Source: Patescibacteria group bacterium
GTDB taxonomy: Bacteria > Patescibacteriota > Patescibacteriia > Buchananbacterales > UBA6539
NCBI GenBank assembly: GCA_028688055.1
Contig: JAQTYZ010000001.1
Span: 178,910 to 242,909, forward strand
DNA length: 64,000 nt
Direction: 5' to 3'
A program made the position numbers and the translations under genes. The notes under the pieces were generated by a model. That model was given only the letters and a program-made list of their open reading frames with translations. It was not told the origin of the DNA and searched no databases. This document shows, piece after piece, positions 1 to 9,206 of the stretch. Numbering within the stretch: position 1 is the stretch's first letter; each line of letters opens with the position of its first letter.

Positions 1-1559
1 CGGGAACGGCGGCCACGGAAGCTGAGGAATTTCGAAAAATTTATGATCTTGATGTTGCCGTTATTCCGACCAATAAAGTACTGGTCAGAAAAGATTTGTC
101 TGATCGAATTTATAAAAATGAGGCAGCCAAGTTTCAAGCGGTGATTGATGAAGTTAAGGTCTGCAATGCTAAGGGACAGCCGGTTTTGATTGGTACAATT
201 TCGATTGAAAAAAATGAACTACTCCACAACCTTTTGGAACGCAATGGTGTTCCACATCAGGTTTTAAATGCCAAATTTCACGAAAAAGAAGCTCATATTA
301 TTTCCCAAGCCGGCCGCTTGGGCGCGGTGACGGTTGCCACCAATATGGCCGGTCGCGGCGTCGACATTAAATTAGGCGGCGATCCGGTTGATATTGAAGA
401 AGAACAGCAGATAAAAGATTTAGGCGGTTTGTTGATTATCGGAACGGAACGCCACGAATCAAGACGCATTGACAATCAGCTCCGCGGCCGCGGCGGCCGA
501 CAAGGCGATCCGGGAATTTCTCAGTTTTATGTTTCGCTTGATGATGACTTAATGAGAGTCTTTGGCGGATCAAGAATAAAAAATGTGATGGAACGGCTTA
601 AGGTGCCTGACGATATGCCAATTGAAAATGGTTTGATTTCAAGATCATTAGAAACGGCTCAGAAAAAAGTTGAGGGGTTTCATTTTGACACCCGCAAACA
701 TTTAGTTGAATACGACGACGTTTTAAATAAACATCGTGATACCATTTATAAAAAACGCCGTGAAATTTTGGAAGGTGATAATTTGAAAAATCAGGTTTTG
801 GATTATGTTGAAGCTGAAATAAAAGATGTTGTTACTTTTCATACTCAGGATGCGGATGAAAATAGCTGGGATATGGAAGAAATCTATGAAGTTGTCAATA
901 CCATTTTTTCTGTTTCGTCTGACGCTAGGTTGAAATTAACTGAAATTCAAAGTCAGGCCGGAACGGAAATTCAGGATCAAGATTCTAAAACCAAATTGAT
1001 TGGGTATATTTTCAAGTTGGCTGTTGAAGAATACAACAAACTTGAAGCCGAGGTTTTGAAAACGGTCGGCAACGACGAAGCGATGAAGCAGGTTGAAAAG
1101 GGAATTATGCTCCGAAGTATTGATACGCTTTGGATTGAACACCTCGAGGCCCTTGATCATTTGCGAACCGGCATCGGCTTGCGCGGTTACGGCCAGCGCG
1201 ATCCGCTCGTTGAATATAAGCGCGAGGCGTTTAATTTGTTTAAAGAGCTATTGAAAATAATTCGCAAGCAGATTGTTTATAGTGTTTATAAGGTTGGTTT
1301 TGCCACGCAAATTGGTCCGTCGGTGATGCAACAAGCTCCAGGATTAACTTTTCAAGCGCCGGCAAAAACGATGTCGGAAGGAAAATCGGCCATTGCGGCA
1401 GCGGCTAATGCCACTTCACCCCAACAAGACGAAGCGGCTGCGCGCGAAACTACTATGACTCAGGATTCTCATAATTATTATAACGGCGTCCGCGTCGGAC
1501 GAAATGACGCCTGTCCCTGCGGCAGTGGTAAAAAATTTAAGAAGTGTCATGGAAAATAA
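1..1559 (+). CDS. secA: Preprotein translocase SecA, C-terminal part (5' end lies upstream of the window)
   Basis: Frame is open from nt 3. Translation shows SecA helical scaffold motifs and the C-terminal zinc-binding tail CPCGSGKKFKKCHGK. Confidence 0.9.
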   Translation, partial: GTAATEAEEFRKIYDLDVAVIPTNKVLVRKDLSDRIYKNEAAKFQAVIDEVKVCNAKGQPVLIGTISIEKNELLHNLLERNGVPHQVLNAKFHEKEAHIISQAGRLGAVTVATNMAGRGVDIKLGGDPVDIEEEQQIKDLGGLLIIGTERHESRRIDNQLRGRGGRQGDPGISQFYVSLDDDLMRVFGGSRIKNVMERLKVPDDMPIENGLISRSLETAQKKVEGFHFDTRKHLVEYDDVLNKHRDTIYKKRREILEGDNLKNQVLDYVEAEIKDVVTFHTQDADENSWDMEEIYEVVNTIFSVSSDARLKLTEIQSQAGTEIQDQDSKTKLIGYIFKLAVEEYNKLEAEVLKTVGNDEAMKQVEKGIMLRSIDTLWIEHLEALDHLRTGIGLRGYGQRDPLVEYKREAFNLFKELLKIIRKQIVYSVYKVGFATQIGPSVMQQAPGLTFQAPAKTMSEGKSAIAAAANATSPQQDEAAARETTMTQDSHNYYNGVRVGRNDACPCGSGKKFKKCHGK

Positions 1560-1839
1560 AGACGCAATCAAGCAAAGAATGTTGCAGAATGGTTACTCAA
1601 TCATCAATGAGTACAATGATCCTCCAAATGAGGTTTTTCCCGATCACGATCATCCCGGCGATCAGCTATTGGTTGTTATTAAGGGATCGATTGAAATAGT
1701 GATGGATGGGAAGACTTCAATTTTAAGACCAGGAGATGAGATATTCTTTCCAGCCAAAATGATGCATAGCGCAAAAATTGGCTCGCAAGGATGTTTTTAT
1801 ATTGACGGTGAGTGTCCTCTAGAAAAGTCAAAAATTTAA
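1549..1839 (+). CDS. Cupin-domain protein
   Basis: His-rich cupin motifs HDHPGDQLLVVIKGSIEI ... GDEIFFPAKMMH. First in-frame ATG after the secA stop region (track ORF 1504, residue M16). Confidence 0.5.
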   Translation: MENKDAIKQRMLQNGYSIINEYNDPPNEVFPDHDHPGDQLLVVIKGSIEIVMDGKTSILRPGDEIFFPAKMMHSAKIGSQGCFYIDGECPLEKSKI

Positions 1840-1868
1840 AAAAGTGCAACGGAAAAATTGGGAATAAG

Positions 1869-2315
1869 ATGATAAAAATATTTTACAAACTGATTATTCC
1901 ATTAAGAAAATTCTATTGGTTCATATTCAGACCAAAAACAACAGGAGTAAAGGTGATTGTGAAATATAATGAAGACGTGTTGATGATAAAAAATGCGTAT
2001 GGCAAAAGCATCTGGACTTTTCCTGGAGGTGCAGTTGAGAAAAGTGAATTACCGGAAGATGCCGCCGCGAGAGAAGTAATGGAAGAGGTTGGTATTAAAG
2101 TTTCTGGCGTAAAAAAAATTGGACAACTCTTGAATACGCGCGAATACAAAAAGGATACGATTTACTGTTATGTGGCTATAACAACTGGTAAGACAGTACA
2201 AACTGATCCCAATGAGATCCGAGAGTGTAAATGGTTCAATAAAAACAAGCTACCCTCTGAAATATCATCAATAGCTAGAGAGGCTATATCCCTGTGGACG
2301 CAGAAATTGATTTAA
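1869..2315 (+). CDS. NUDIX hydrolase
   Basis: Nudix box GGAVEKSELPEDAAAREVMEEVGI (GX5EX7REUXEEXGU). Start taken at the internal ATG; a GTG at 1812 is also possible. Confidence 0.7.
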   Translation: MIKIFYKLIIPLRKFYWFIFRPKTTGVKVIVKYNEDVLMIKNAYGKSIWTFPGGAVEKSELPEDAAAREVMEEVGIKVSGVKKIGQLLNTREYKKDTIYCYVAITTGKTVQTDPNEIRECKWFNKNKLPSEISSIAREAISLWTQKLI

Positions 2316-2338
2316 GAAGTGTTACAGATCATAAAAAT

Positions 2339-2734
2339 ATGAGAGTCTTTGTTACTGCATCATTTGGCGATACTAAAGTAAATATAGAAAGTATGTGTGC
2401 TGTGGTGCGAGCCGCTGGATTTGAGGATTTTTGTTTTGTCAGGGACATAGAAAATTACCAGAAAGTTTTTGACGATCCGAAAGAATTGATGCAAAGAGCA
2501 AAAGAAGAAATTAGAAAGTCAGATATTTTACTAATTGATATGAGTGATAAGCCTACGGGGCGGGCGATTGAAACAGGGATTGCCTATGCTTTTGGTAAGA
2601 AAATTATTGTTATCATGAAAAAAGGAACTTTTATTAAAGATACTGCCAAGGGGATTGCCGACATGGTAATTGAATATGACAATATAGCCGATATCTCGAC
2701 TAGGCTTAAAGAATTTATGAATACTCAGAAATAA
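2339..2734 (+). CDS. Nucleoside 2-deoxyribosyltransferase-like protein
   Basis: MRVFVTASFGD ... DILLIDMSDKPTGRAIETGIAYAFGKKIIVI fits the N-deoxyribosyltransferase fold pattern (PF05014-like). Start at M16 of track ORF 2294. Confidence 0.5.
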   Translation: MRVFVTASFGDTKVNIESMCAVVRAAGFEDFCFVRDIENYQKVFDDPKELMQRAKEEIRKSDILLIDMSDKPTGRAIETGIAYAFGKKIIVIMKKGTFIKDTAKGIADMVIEYDNIADISTRLKEFMNTQK

Positions 2735-2747
2735 AATAAGAAGCGTC

Positions 2748-3197
2748 ATGTCGCATGAAGAACGATTCAAATTAATACCCTCGGTGTACGCGTTATTTAT
2801 CCAGGGTGAAAAGATTTTACTGCTTAGGCGATTTAATACTGGCTTTGAAGATGGTAAATATGGTCTGGTTGCCGGACATGCTGATGGCGGCAATACTATG
2901 AGATCCGAAATGGCTAGAGAGACCAGCGAAGAGGCTGGGGTGAAAATTAAATTAGATGACATCAATCTAGCTCTGACTATGCATCGTTGGTGCGGTGATC
3001 ACGAGAGAATAGATTTCTTTTTTATCATAAAAAAATGGAGCGGTGAAATAAAAAATATGGAACTTGATAAATGTGATGATTTATCTTGGTTTGCCCTTAA
3101 CCAGTTACCGGAAAATACCATCCCTTACATTAGAGCCGCAATTGATTACTACTTAAAAGGAGAAAAATATTGTGAGTTTGGCTGGGATCCGATTTAA
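2748..3197 (+). CDS. NUDIX hydrolase
   Basis: Nudix box GHADGGNTMRSEMARETSEEAGV. Confidence 0.7.
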   Translation: MSHEERFKLIPSVYALFIQGEKILLLRRFNTGFEDGKYGLVAGHADGGNTMRSEMARETSEEAGVKIKLDDINLALTMHRWCGDHERIDFFFIIKKWSGEIKNMELDKCDDLSWFALNQLPENTIPYIRAAIDYYLKGEKYCEFGWDPI

Positions 3198-3314
3198 AGA
3201 CTCTGACGTGAGATATAATTTGGAAGATGTGGTGGAGAGGGTAAGATCAGAAATCCTCCGGCTCGCCAGCTCGCCACCTCCTTTAAAAAAGGAGGAATAA
3301 ATACGATAAATGTC

Positions 3315-3659
3315 ATGGTAAATCACAATAGTATGCAAATGGAAGATTTGAAAAAATTTATTAAAAAAGAAGACCAACGGTTAAGAAAATACTACGGTAA
3401 TTTTGAAGATGAGGAAAAACACATCTTGGCCAGAACAGTAAAACTGACTGAAGAATTAGGCGAATTGTGCGATGAAGTTTTAAGTTACCATTCTCTGCAG
3501 CGCCAAGATAAACTTGATAAGCGTGATGCCAATAATCTGTCCGAAGAATTTGCCGATGTGGTGATCACGACTTTTCTGTTGGCCGAAGCGATGAAGGTCG
3601 ATATTGAAAAAGCTCTTAAACAAAAAATAGTGAAAATTAATAAAAGGTATAAGAAATAA
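3315..3659 (+). CDS. MazG-like nucleoside triphosphate pyrophosphohydrolase
   Basis: All-alpha small protein with LTEELGELCDEV ... EEFADVVITTFLLAE, typical of MazG/HisE-type NTP-PPase. Start is ambiguous (ATG at 3315, 3336 or 3342). Confidence 0.5.
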   Translation: MVNHNSMQMEDLKKFIKKEDQRLRKYYGNFEDEEKHILARTVKLTEELGELCDEVLSYHSLQRQDKLDKRDANNLSEEFADVVITTFLLAEAMKVDIEKALKQKIVKINKRYKK

Positions 3660-3665
3660 TTTTTT

Positions 3666-4154
3666 ATGAAAATTACGTTTATTCAAACCGGCGGGACAAT
3701 CGATAAGGAATATCCCAAAACTACCAAGGGTTATGCTTTTGAAATTGGAGAGCCGGCAGTAAAAAGAATTTTGGAAAAAATTAACCCGGTATTTGAGTAT
3801 GAGATTATTCCGCTGTTACAAAAGGACAGTTTGGATATTACCGAGAAAGATCGAGAAAAAATTACGCTGGCATGTAAAAATAATCAAAACGATAAAATTG
3901 TTATCACCCACGGTACTGACACTATGGCTGAGACAGCGGAAAAGTTAAGTGAGATTAAAGATAAGACTATTGTGATCACGGGCGCGATGAGACCGGAAAA
4001 ATTTTATGATTCTGATGCGATGTTTAATGTTGGCGCGGCCATAATTTCAGCGGCGAACTTACCTCGCGGTGTGTATATCACTATGAATGGGCGAGTCTAT
4101 GAATGGAACAAGGTAAAAAGAGACATAGTCACTGGTCAGTTTATTGAAGCTTAA
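3666..4154 (+). CDS. L-asparaginase family protein, N-terminal domain only (short form)
   Basis: Asparaginase signatures FIQTGGTIDK (TGGTI) and VITHGTDTMAETA (HGTDT). At 162 aa it covers only the N-domain. Confidence 0.6.
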   Translation: MKITFIQTGGTIDKEYPKTTKGYAFEIGEPAVKRILEKINPVFEYEIIPLLQKDSLDITEKDREKITLACKNNQNDKIVITHGTDTMAETAEKLSEIKDKTIVITGAMRPEKFYDSDAMFNVGAAIISAANLPRGVYITMNGRVYEWNKVKRDIVTGQFIEA

Positions 4155-4164
4155 TTCGAATATA

Positions 4165-4581
4165 ATGCCAGAAAAAGCAACCATAAAACATATCGAATTT
4201 TGGGTTTCTGATCTAGAGCACGCAATTAAGTTCTATGAGAGTATTTTTAAAATTGTTGGCTGGAAGAAAGTTGAATCTAATGCTTTTAGTAATGGCGAGA
4301 CCAAAATTTATTTTATTGAGCAGGATGTTAAATTAGCAACAACGGTTGGCCCTAGGCACATATGTTTTTTGGCAAGCTCTAGAAAAATTGTGAATGAAGT
4401 TGCCAGTTTTCTAACCAAAACCAAAGGCGATATAATTCGGGGTCCCCTGGAATCGCCATATAAAAACCGGAGCTCATATACGGTGGATTTTAGGGATTTG
4501 GACGGATACATTATCGAGGTGGCAACTAAAGCAACGGCTTTAAAACTCGATAGAAGTGTCGGTGCTATGGGTCGTAAATAA
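4165..4581 (+). CDS. VOC/glyoxalase-bleomycin resistance family protein
   Basis: HIEFWVSDLEHAIKFYESIF N-terminal VOC motif. Start at ATG M8 of track ORF 4144. Confidence 0.5.
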   Translation: MPEKATIKHIEFWVSDLEHAIKFYESIFKIVGWKKVESNAFSNGETKIYFIEQDVKLATTVGPRHICFLASSRKIVNEVASFLTKTKGDIIRGPLESPYKNRSSYTVDFRDLDGYIIEVATKATALKLDRSVGAMGRK

Positions 4582-4631
4582 TTATGATAAATGTTCCAGT
4601 AGTAAATTTACTGATGTAAAAAAATATTCGT

Positions 4632-5111
4632 ATGATTTTAGATGGTAGCCGAAAAATACTAACTTTGTGTCTGGTAATTAAAGATGGCCAAATATTGTTA
4701 GGAATGAAAAAGCGGGGATTAGGTACCGGCAAATGGAATGGCTTTGGCGGTAAGGTTGAGGTGGGGGAAACAATTGAAGAAGCAACGAAGCGTGAAATGT
4801 TTGAAGAATCGGGAATTGAAATCAAAACAATGTATCAGCTTGGCATCAACGAATTTGAATTTCGTGGTCAGCCTGGAATTTTAGCAGTCCACGTATACAA
4901 AGCGGTGGATTTTTTTGGTGAGCCGACGGAAACGGAAGAAATGAGGCCGCAGTGGTTTGATCTTTCAGCCGTTCCTTTTGCCAAGATGTGGGATGATGAT
5001 CGTTATTGGTTTAAACTTTTTTTGGCTGATAAAAAATTCCGCGGCCGATATTTGTTTAATGAAAATGAAAAAGTTATTGATTACTCCTTGGCAGAGATTG
5101 AAGATTTTTAA
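4632..5111 (+). CDS. NUDIX hydrolase, MutT-like
   Basis: Nudix box GKWNGFGGKVEVGETIEEATKREMFEESGI. Confidence 0.7.
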   Translation: MILDGSRKILTLCLVIKDGQILLGMKKRGLGTGKWNGFGGKVEVGETIEEATKREMFEESGIEIKTMYQLGINEFEFRGQPGILAVHVYKAVDFFGEPTETEEMRPQWFDLSAVPFAKMWDDDRYWFKLFLADKKFRGRYLFNENEKVIDYSLAEIEDF

Positions 5112-5186
5112 AATGAAGGGGCGTCAATCCGGAATCTAAAAATTGTTATGATCCTGAACCAAGTTCAGGATGACGGGATAAATTTT

Positions 5187-6050
5187 ATGCCTGAATTGCC
5201 GGAAGTTGAAACTCTTAAACGCGATCTAAAAATTATCAAAGGTAAAACCATTGCGTTGGTTAAAATTAATTGGCCGAAGATGGTTATGCCGCTAAGTGTT
5301 AGAAGTTTTACCCAAAGAGTTAAAGGTAAAAAAATTGTTGATGTAATTCGTCGCGCTAAGGTTTTATTTTTTAAATTATCAAATGATTATTATATTGCCG
5401 TACATTTGAAAATGACCGGTCAATTAATTTTTCAGCCCAAACAGGGGAGCTTAGTCGTGGGTGGTCATCCGCAAAAGGATGGTGCCGCCGGTTTGCCTAA
5501 TAACTATACTCATGTTGTCATTAATTTTACTGATGAATCAACGTTGTTCTTTAATGATTTGCGTAAGTTTGGCTGGATGAGGTTAATTGATCAAAAAGAT
5601 TTTGACAAGTTCAATAGTGATTTTGGCATTGAACCGCTGAGTCAGAAGTTTAAATTTGAAAAATTTAGTGAGCTACTAAAGCGTTACCCAAATCGAAAAA
5701 TTAAACAGACCTTAATGGATCACACTTTGATCTCCGGGATTGGCAATATTTATGCTGATGAGAGTTGCTATGACGCAAAAATTTTACCGAGCCGGGTGGT
5801 CAAAACCTTGAAACCTAAGGAAATCAAGAGCCTGCACGATGCGATAAAAAAAATATTAAAATTGGCGATCGTTAAAAAAGGGACTTCCTTTCGTAATTAT
5901 TTGAAATCAAACGGCCGCCCCGGCGGGATGGTTAAATATTTGAAGGTTTATGGTCGGGCCAATCAAACCTGCCAGCGTTGTCAGACGCCGATTTTAAAAA
6001 TCAAACAAAACGGCCGCGGCACGCATTTTTGTCCGAAGTGTCAGCATTAA
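5187..6050 (+). CDS. mutM: Formamidopyrimidine-DNA glycosylase (Fpg/MutM)
   Basis: Starts MPELPEVE (catalytic Pro2). C-terminal zinc finger CQRCQTPILKIKQNGRGTHFCPKCQ. Start at M14 of the track ORF. Confidence 0.85.
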   Translation: MPELPEVETLKRDLKIIKGKTIALVKINWPKMVMPLSVRSFTQRVKGKKIVDVIRRAKVLFFKLSNDYYIAVHLKMTGQLIFQPKQGSLVVGGHPQKDGAAGLPNNYTHVVINFTDESTLFFNDLRKFGWMRLIDQKDFDKFNSDFGIEPLSQKFKFEKFSELLKRYPNRKIKQTLMDHTLISGIGNIYADESCYDAKILPSRVVKTLKPKEIKSLHDAIKKILKLAIVKKGTSFRNYLKSNGRPGGMVKYLKVYGRANQTCQRCQTPILKIKQNGRGTHFCPKCQH

Positions 6051-6051
6051 G

Positions 6052-6486
6052 TTAGAATTGCAGCCAAGCTAAGATTATAGTCAGTCCAATGCCCCAGATT
6101 ATACCGCCCGTAATTTCAAAGATACTGTGACCCATCTGCTCTCTGAATAGGGGTAGATTTTTTTGCTCATCAGCTTTTAATCTTTTGACGAGCTGATTGA
6201 ATACTTTTGCCTGTTTACCTAAAAGGCCGCGAAACGCAACGGCATCTCTCATCGTTAGCAAGGCAAAAACCAGCGCTACCGCGAATAGCGGATTGTCAAA
6301 ACCGTTCCTTAAACCTATTAAAGTCGTCAGTGAAACGGTCAGCGCGGTGTGAGATGACGGCATCCCGCCGTAGCTGATAAAAATATTTTGCAAATCAAAA
6401 TTACCTTTGATGCCATCGGTTAAAAGTTTAATTATCTGGCTGGTAATTAATACAATTATTGGTATAATAATATAAGAAAGATCCAT
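6052..6486 (-). CDS. Divergent PAP2-family membrane protein (DUF212-like)
   Basis: GGMPSSHTA motif in a small polytopic membrane protein. Confidence 0.6.
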   Translation of the reverse strand: MDLSYIIIPIIVLITSQIIKLLTDGIKGNFDLQNIFISYGGMPSSHTALTVSLTTLIGLRNGFDNPLFAVALVFALLTMRDAVAFRGLLGKQAKVFNQLVKRLKADEQKNLPLFREQMGHSIFEITGGIIWGIGLTIILAWLQF

Positions 6487-6507
6487 AATTATTTAAATTA
6501 ATAGTAA

Positions 6508-7329
6508 ATGAGTAATATTTTTTTAGCTGTCTTGGCCGGTTTTATTCAAGGCATCTCAGAATTTTTACCGATTTCCAGTTCGGGTCACTTGGTAATATTT
6601 CATGATTTTTTAAATTTTAACTTTCCTGATAATCTGGCCTTTGATGTGGTGTTGCACCTTGGAACGCTATTAGCGTTATTGATTTTTTTCTGGGCTGACG
6701 TTTGGCGGTATGTAGTGTCTTTTTTTTCCAGCTTCAGGCATTGGAATGTGAAAAATAATATTGACCAGAAAATGGCGTGGCTATTATTAATGGCGACAAT
6801 TCCGGCGGTGGTCGTCGGTTATTTATTTGATAACGCCGCGGAAACCTATTTACGTAGCTCGGCACTGGTAGCGATAATGCTAATCGTTTTTGGAATAATT
6901 CTTTACGTCGCCGATCGATTTTTGCTTCAGGTTAAATCACTCAACCAAATAACGGTCGTCAATTCGCTCGTCATCGGTTTTGCTCAAGCTATTGCCTTAA
7001 TCCCCGGCGTTTCAAGATCTGGCATTACCATTATAGCAGGTTTGAGCCAAAAATTTAAAAGGCAGGACGCCGCGCGGTTTTCGTTTTTGCTTTCAATGCC
7101 GATCATTTTTGGCGCGGGGGCTAAAAAAATTATTGATTTAATGCAGGGGCAAGGTGCCAACAATTCTGAATTTTTGATTTTAACTCTTGGCTTCATTTCG
7201 TCAGCGCTAACTGGCTATTTCTGTATTAAATTTTTTCTTAGTTACTTGCAAAATCACTCGTTAAAAATATTTGCTTACTACCGGATCATTATCGGCATTG
7301 TAATATTAATTTTTCTCTACTTCCGTTAA
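6508..7329 (+). CDS. uppP: Undecaprenyl-diphosphate phosphatase
   Basis: ISEFLPISSSGHL motif; multi-TM protein; PGVSRSG second motif. Confidence 0.85.
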   Translation: MSNIFLAVLAGFIQGISEFLPISSSGHLVIFHDFLNFNFPDNLAFDVVLHLGTLLALLIFFWADVWRYVVSFFSSFRHWNVKNNIDQKMAWLLLMATIPAVVVGYLFDNAAETYLRSSALVAIMLIVFGIILYVADRFLLQVKSLNQITVVNSLVIGFAQAIALIPGVSRSGITIIAGLSQKFKRQDAARFSFLLSMPIIFGAGAKKIIDLMQGQGANNSEFLILTLGFISSALTGYFCIKFFLSYLQNHSLKIFAYYRIIIGIVILIFLYFR

Positions 7330-7445
7330 ACCGATTATTATCTAAAAAATGAAAGGGTTGCCTGTTTGGGCTGTGTTTGTTAGGATATTTGTGTCGATGC
7401 TGGCCTCGAATAAATCAGAGGCCTTAATTAATCAGTATTATCGTA

Positions 7446-8162
7446 ATGAAAGCAATAATTTTAGCTGGCGGCGAAGGGACGAGGTTGCACCCGCTCACCT
7501 ATAAAATTCCCAAAGCGCTAATTCCGGTTCAGGGTAAAACCCTAACGGAACATGTTTTAGATATTTACAAGAAAGTTGGCGTCACGGATATTATTATGTC
7601 GATAAGCTATTTGGCCGAGCAGATGACTGAATATTTTGGTGATGGATCGAAATTTGGAGTTACGGTTGAATACTTGAAAGAAGAAGAACGTCGCGGAACG
7701 GCTGGACCACTTTTAATGCTCAGGGAAGCCAACCGGCAGTTGGTTGAGGATTTTTATATGTGCAATGGTGATAATTTATTTTCGCTGGATTTGAATCAAA
7801 TGCTTGAACGGCATCAACAAAGCGGCGCGGTGGCGACCATTGCTTTAACGGAAGTGGAAGATCCGACCAGCCGCGGGGTGGTCAGAATGGAAGGCGCCAA
7901 AATCGTTGAATTTGTTGAAAAACCGACGCGCGAAGAGGCCCCATCTAATTATGTGAGTTCCGGTTATTATATTTTAGCGCCCGAAGTTTTTAATTTTTTA
8001 CCAGACCAAAAATTTGTCATGCTCGAAACTGATGTCTGGCCGGTATTGGCCAAGGCCGGCAAATTATTTGGTTTTAAATCTTCAGCCCAATGGTTTGACA
8101 CCGGCACGCCTGAACGCTATTTAGATGTTGAACAAAATTGGAAGGGGGTAAATCATGATTAA
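7446..8162 (+). CDS. Sugar-1-phosphate nucleotidyltransferase (mannose-1-P guanylyl / glucose-1-P thymidylyl transferase family)
   Basis: N-terminal KAIILAGGEGTRLHPLTYKIPKALIPV. Confidence 0.65.
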   Translation: MKAIILAGGEGTRLHPLTYKIPKALIPVQGKTLTEHVLDIYKKVGVTDIIMSISYLAEQMTEYFGDGSKFGVTVEYLKEEERRGTAGPLLMLREANRQLVEDFYMCNGDNLFSLDLNQMLERHQQSGAVATIALTEVEDPTSRGVVRMEGAKIVEFVEKPTREEAPSNYVSSGYYILAPEVFNFLPDQKFVMLETDVWPVLAKAGKLFGFKSSAQWFDTGTPERYLDVEQNWKGVNHD

Positions 8163-9201
8163 TTTTTTGGCTCGTCATCGAAGCAAACGAAAGTCATTAA
8201 AATTTTTATTTTTGGTTTTACTGCTAATTATCATGCTTGGTTTTGTTTATTATAGCTATGCTTTAACATGGCATTCGTCAAACAGTGATGAGTCGGAAGC
8301 GTTTATTGTCGAACCGGGCTGGGGGAGTACTCGGATCAGCTTTGAACTGAAAAATAGGGATTTTATTTTAGATCCGTACGCTTTTCAGCTGTATACTTGG
8401 ATTAACGGCATTAGTAGTCGTTTGCAGGACGGCGAATACCAGCTAGCAAAAAAATTAACTTTACCTGAAATATCAAAAATTTTAAATAAAGGAACCGGAA
8501 CTTCTAAGGAAATAAAACTCACTTTTATCGAAGGTTGGAGTAATAAAGATTATGCCAATTACCTTGTTCAAAAAGGTGTAATTGCTAGTACCGCCGAATT
8601 TTTTGCCGCGGTCCAAAAGAAAGCCGCTTGGTGGGATGATTATGCGATTTTATCGTCACGACCAAAGACTTTAGATCTTGAAGGCTATTTATTTCCGGAC
8701 ACTTATCGCATTTTCAACGACTCAACGGTTATCGATGTCGTAAAAAAAATGCTGGCTAATTTGCAGAATAAAATCACCCCGGACTTAATGGTTGAAATTG
8801 CCCGCCAGCATCAAGACTTGCATGAAATTTTGACCGTCGCGTCAATTTTGGAAAAAGAAGTGTCCACTGATCAAGACCGAAAATTAGTGGCGGATATTAT
8901 CTATAAGCGTCTTGACGCCGGGATGCCGCTCCAGGTTGACTCGACGGTAAATTATGTGACCGGACAGAGTAAGTCTCGTTCGTCAGCAATTGATTTGAAG
9001 TTTGACAGTCCTTATAACACCTACCTGTATAAAGGTTTGCCTCCAGGACCAATTGATAATCCTGGACTTTCGTCAATAACCGCGGCCATTTATCCGCAAA
9101 GCAATCCCTATTATTTTTTCTTAACTACCCCTGACGGCGAGGTGATTTATAGTAAAACTCACGATGAACATGTCGCTGCCAAAGCTAAATATTACAAATA
9201 A
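8155..9201 (+). CDS. mltG: Endolytic murein transglycosylase MltG (YceG family)
   Basis: N-terminal TM then YceG-like region (FIEGWSNKDYANYL, LFPDTYRI, LQVDSTVNY). Confidence 0.75.
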   Translation: MINFLARHRSKRKSLKFLFLVLLLIIMLGFVYYSYALTWHSSNSDESEAFIVEPGWGSTRISFELKNRDFILDPYAFQLYTWINGISSRLQDGEYQLAKKLTLPEISKILNKGTGTSKEIKLTFIEGWSNKDYANYLVQKGVIASTAEFFAAVQKKAAWWDDYAILSSRPKTLDLEGYLFPDTYRIFNDSTVIDVVKKMLANLQNKITPDLMVEIARQHQDLHEILTVASILEKEVSTDQDRKLVADIIYKRLDAGMPLQVDSTVNYVTGQSKSRSSAIDLKFDSPYNTYLYKGLPPGPIDNPGLSSITAAIYPQSNPYYFFLTTPDGEVIYSKTHDEHVAAKAKYYK

Positions 9202-9206
9202 AATTT

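Noticed and set aside
293-3377. Short antisense or alternative-frame ORFs inside secA, NUDIX and NDT genes (293-475, 936-1160, 1913-2149, 2531-2965, 3153-3377)
   Set aside because: Fully embedded in well-supported genes on the opposite strand; low-complexity translations.
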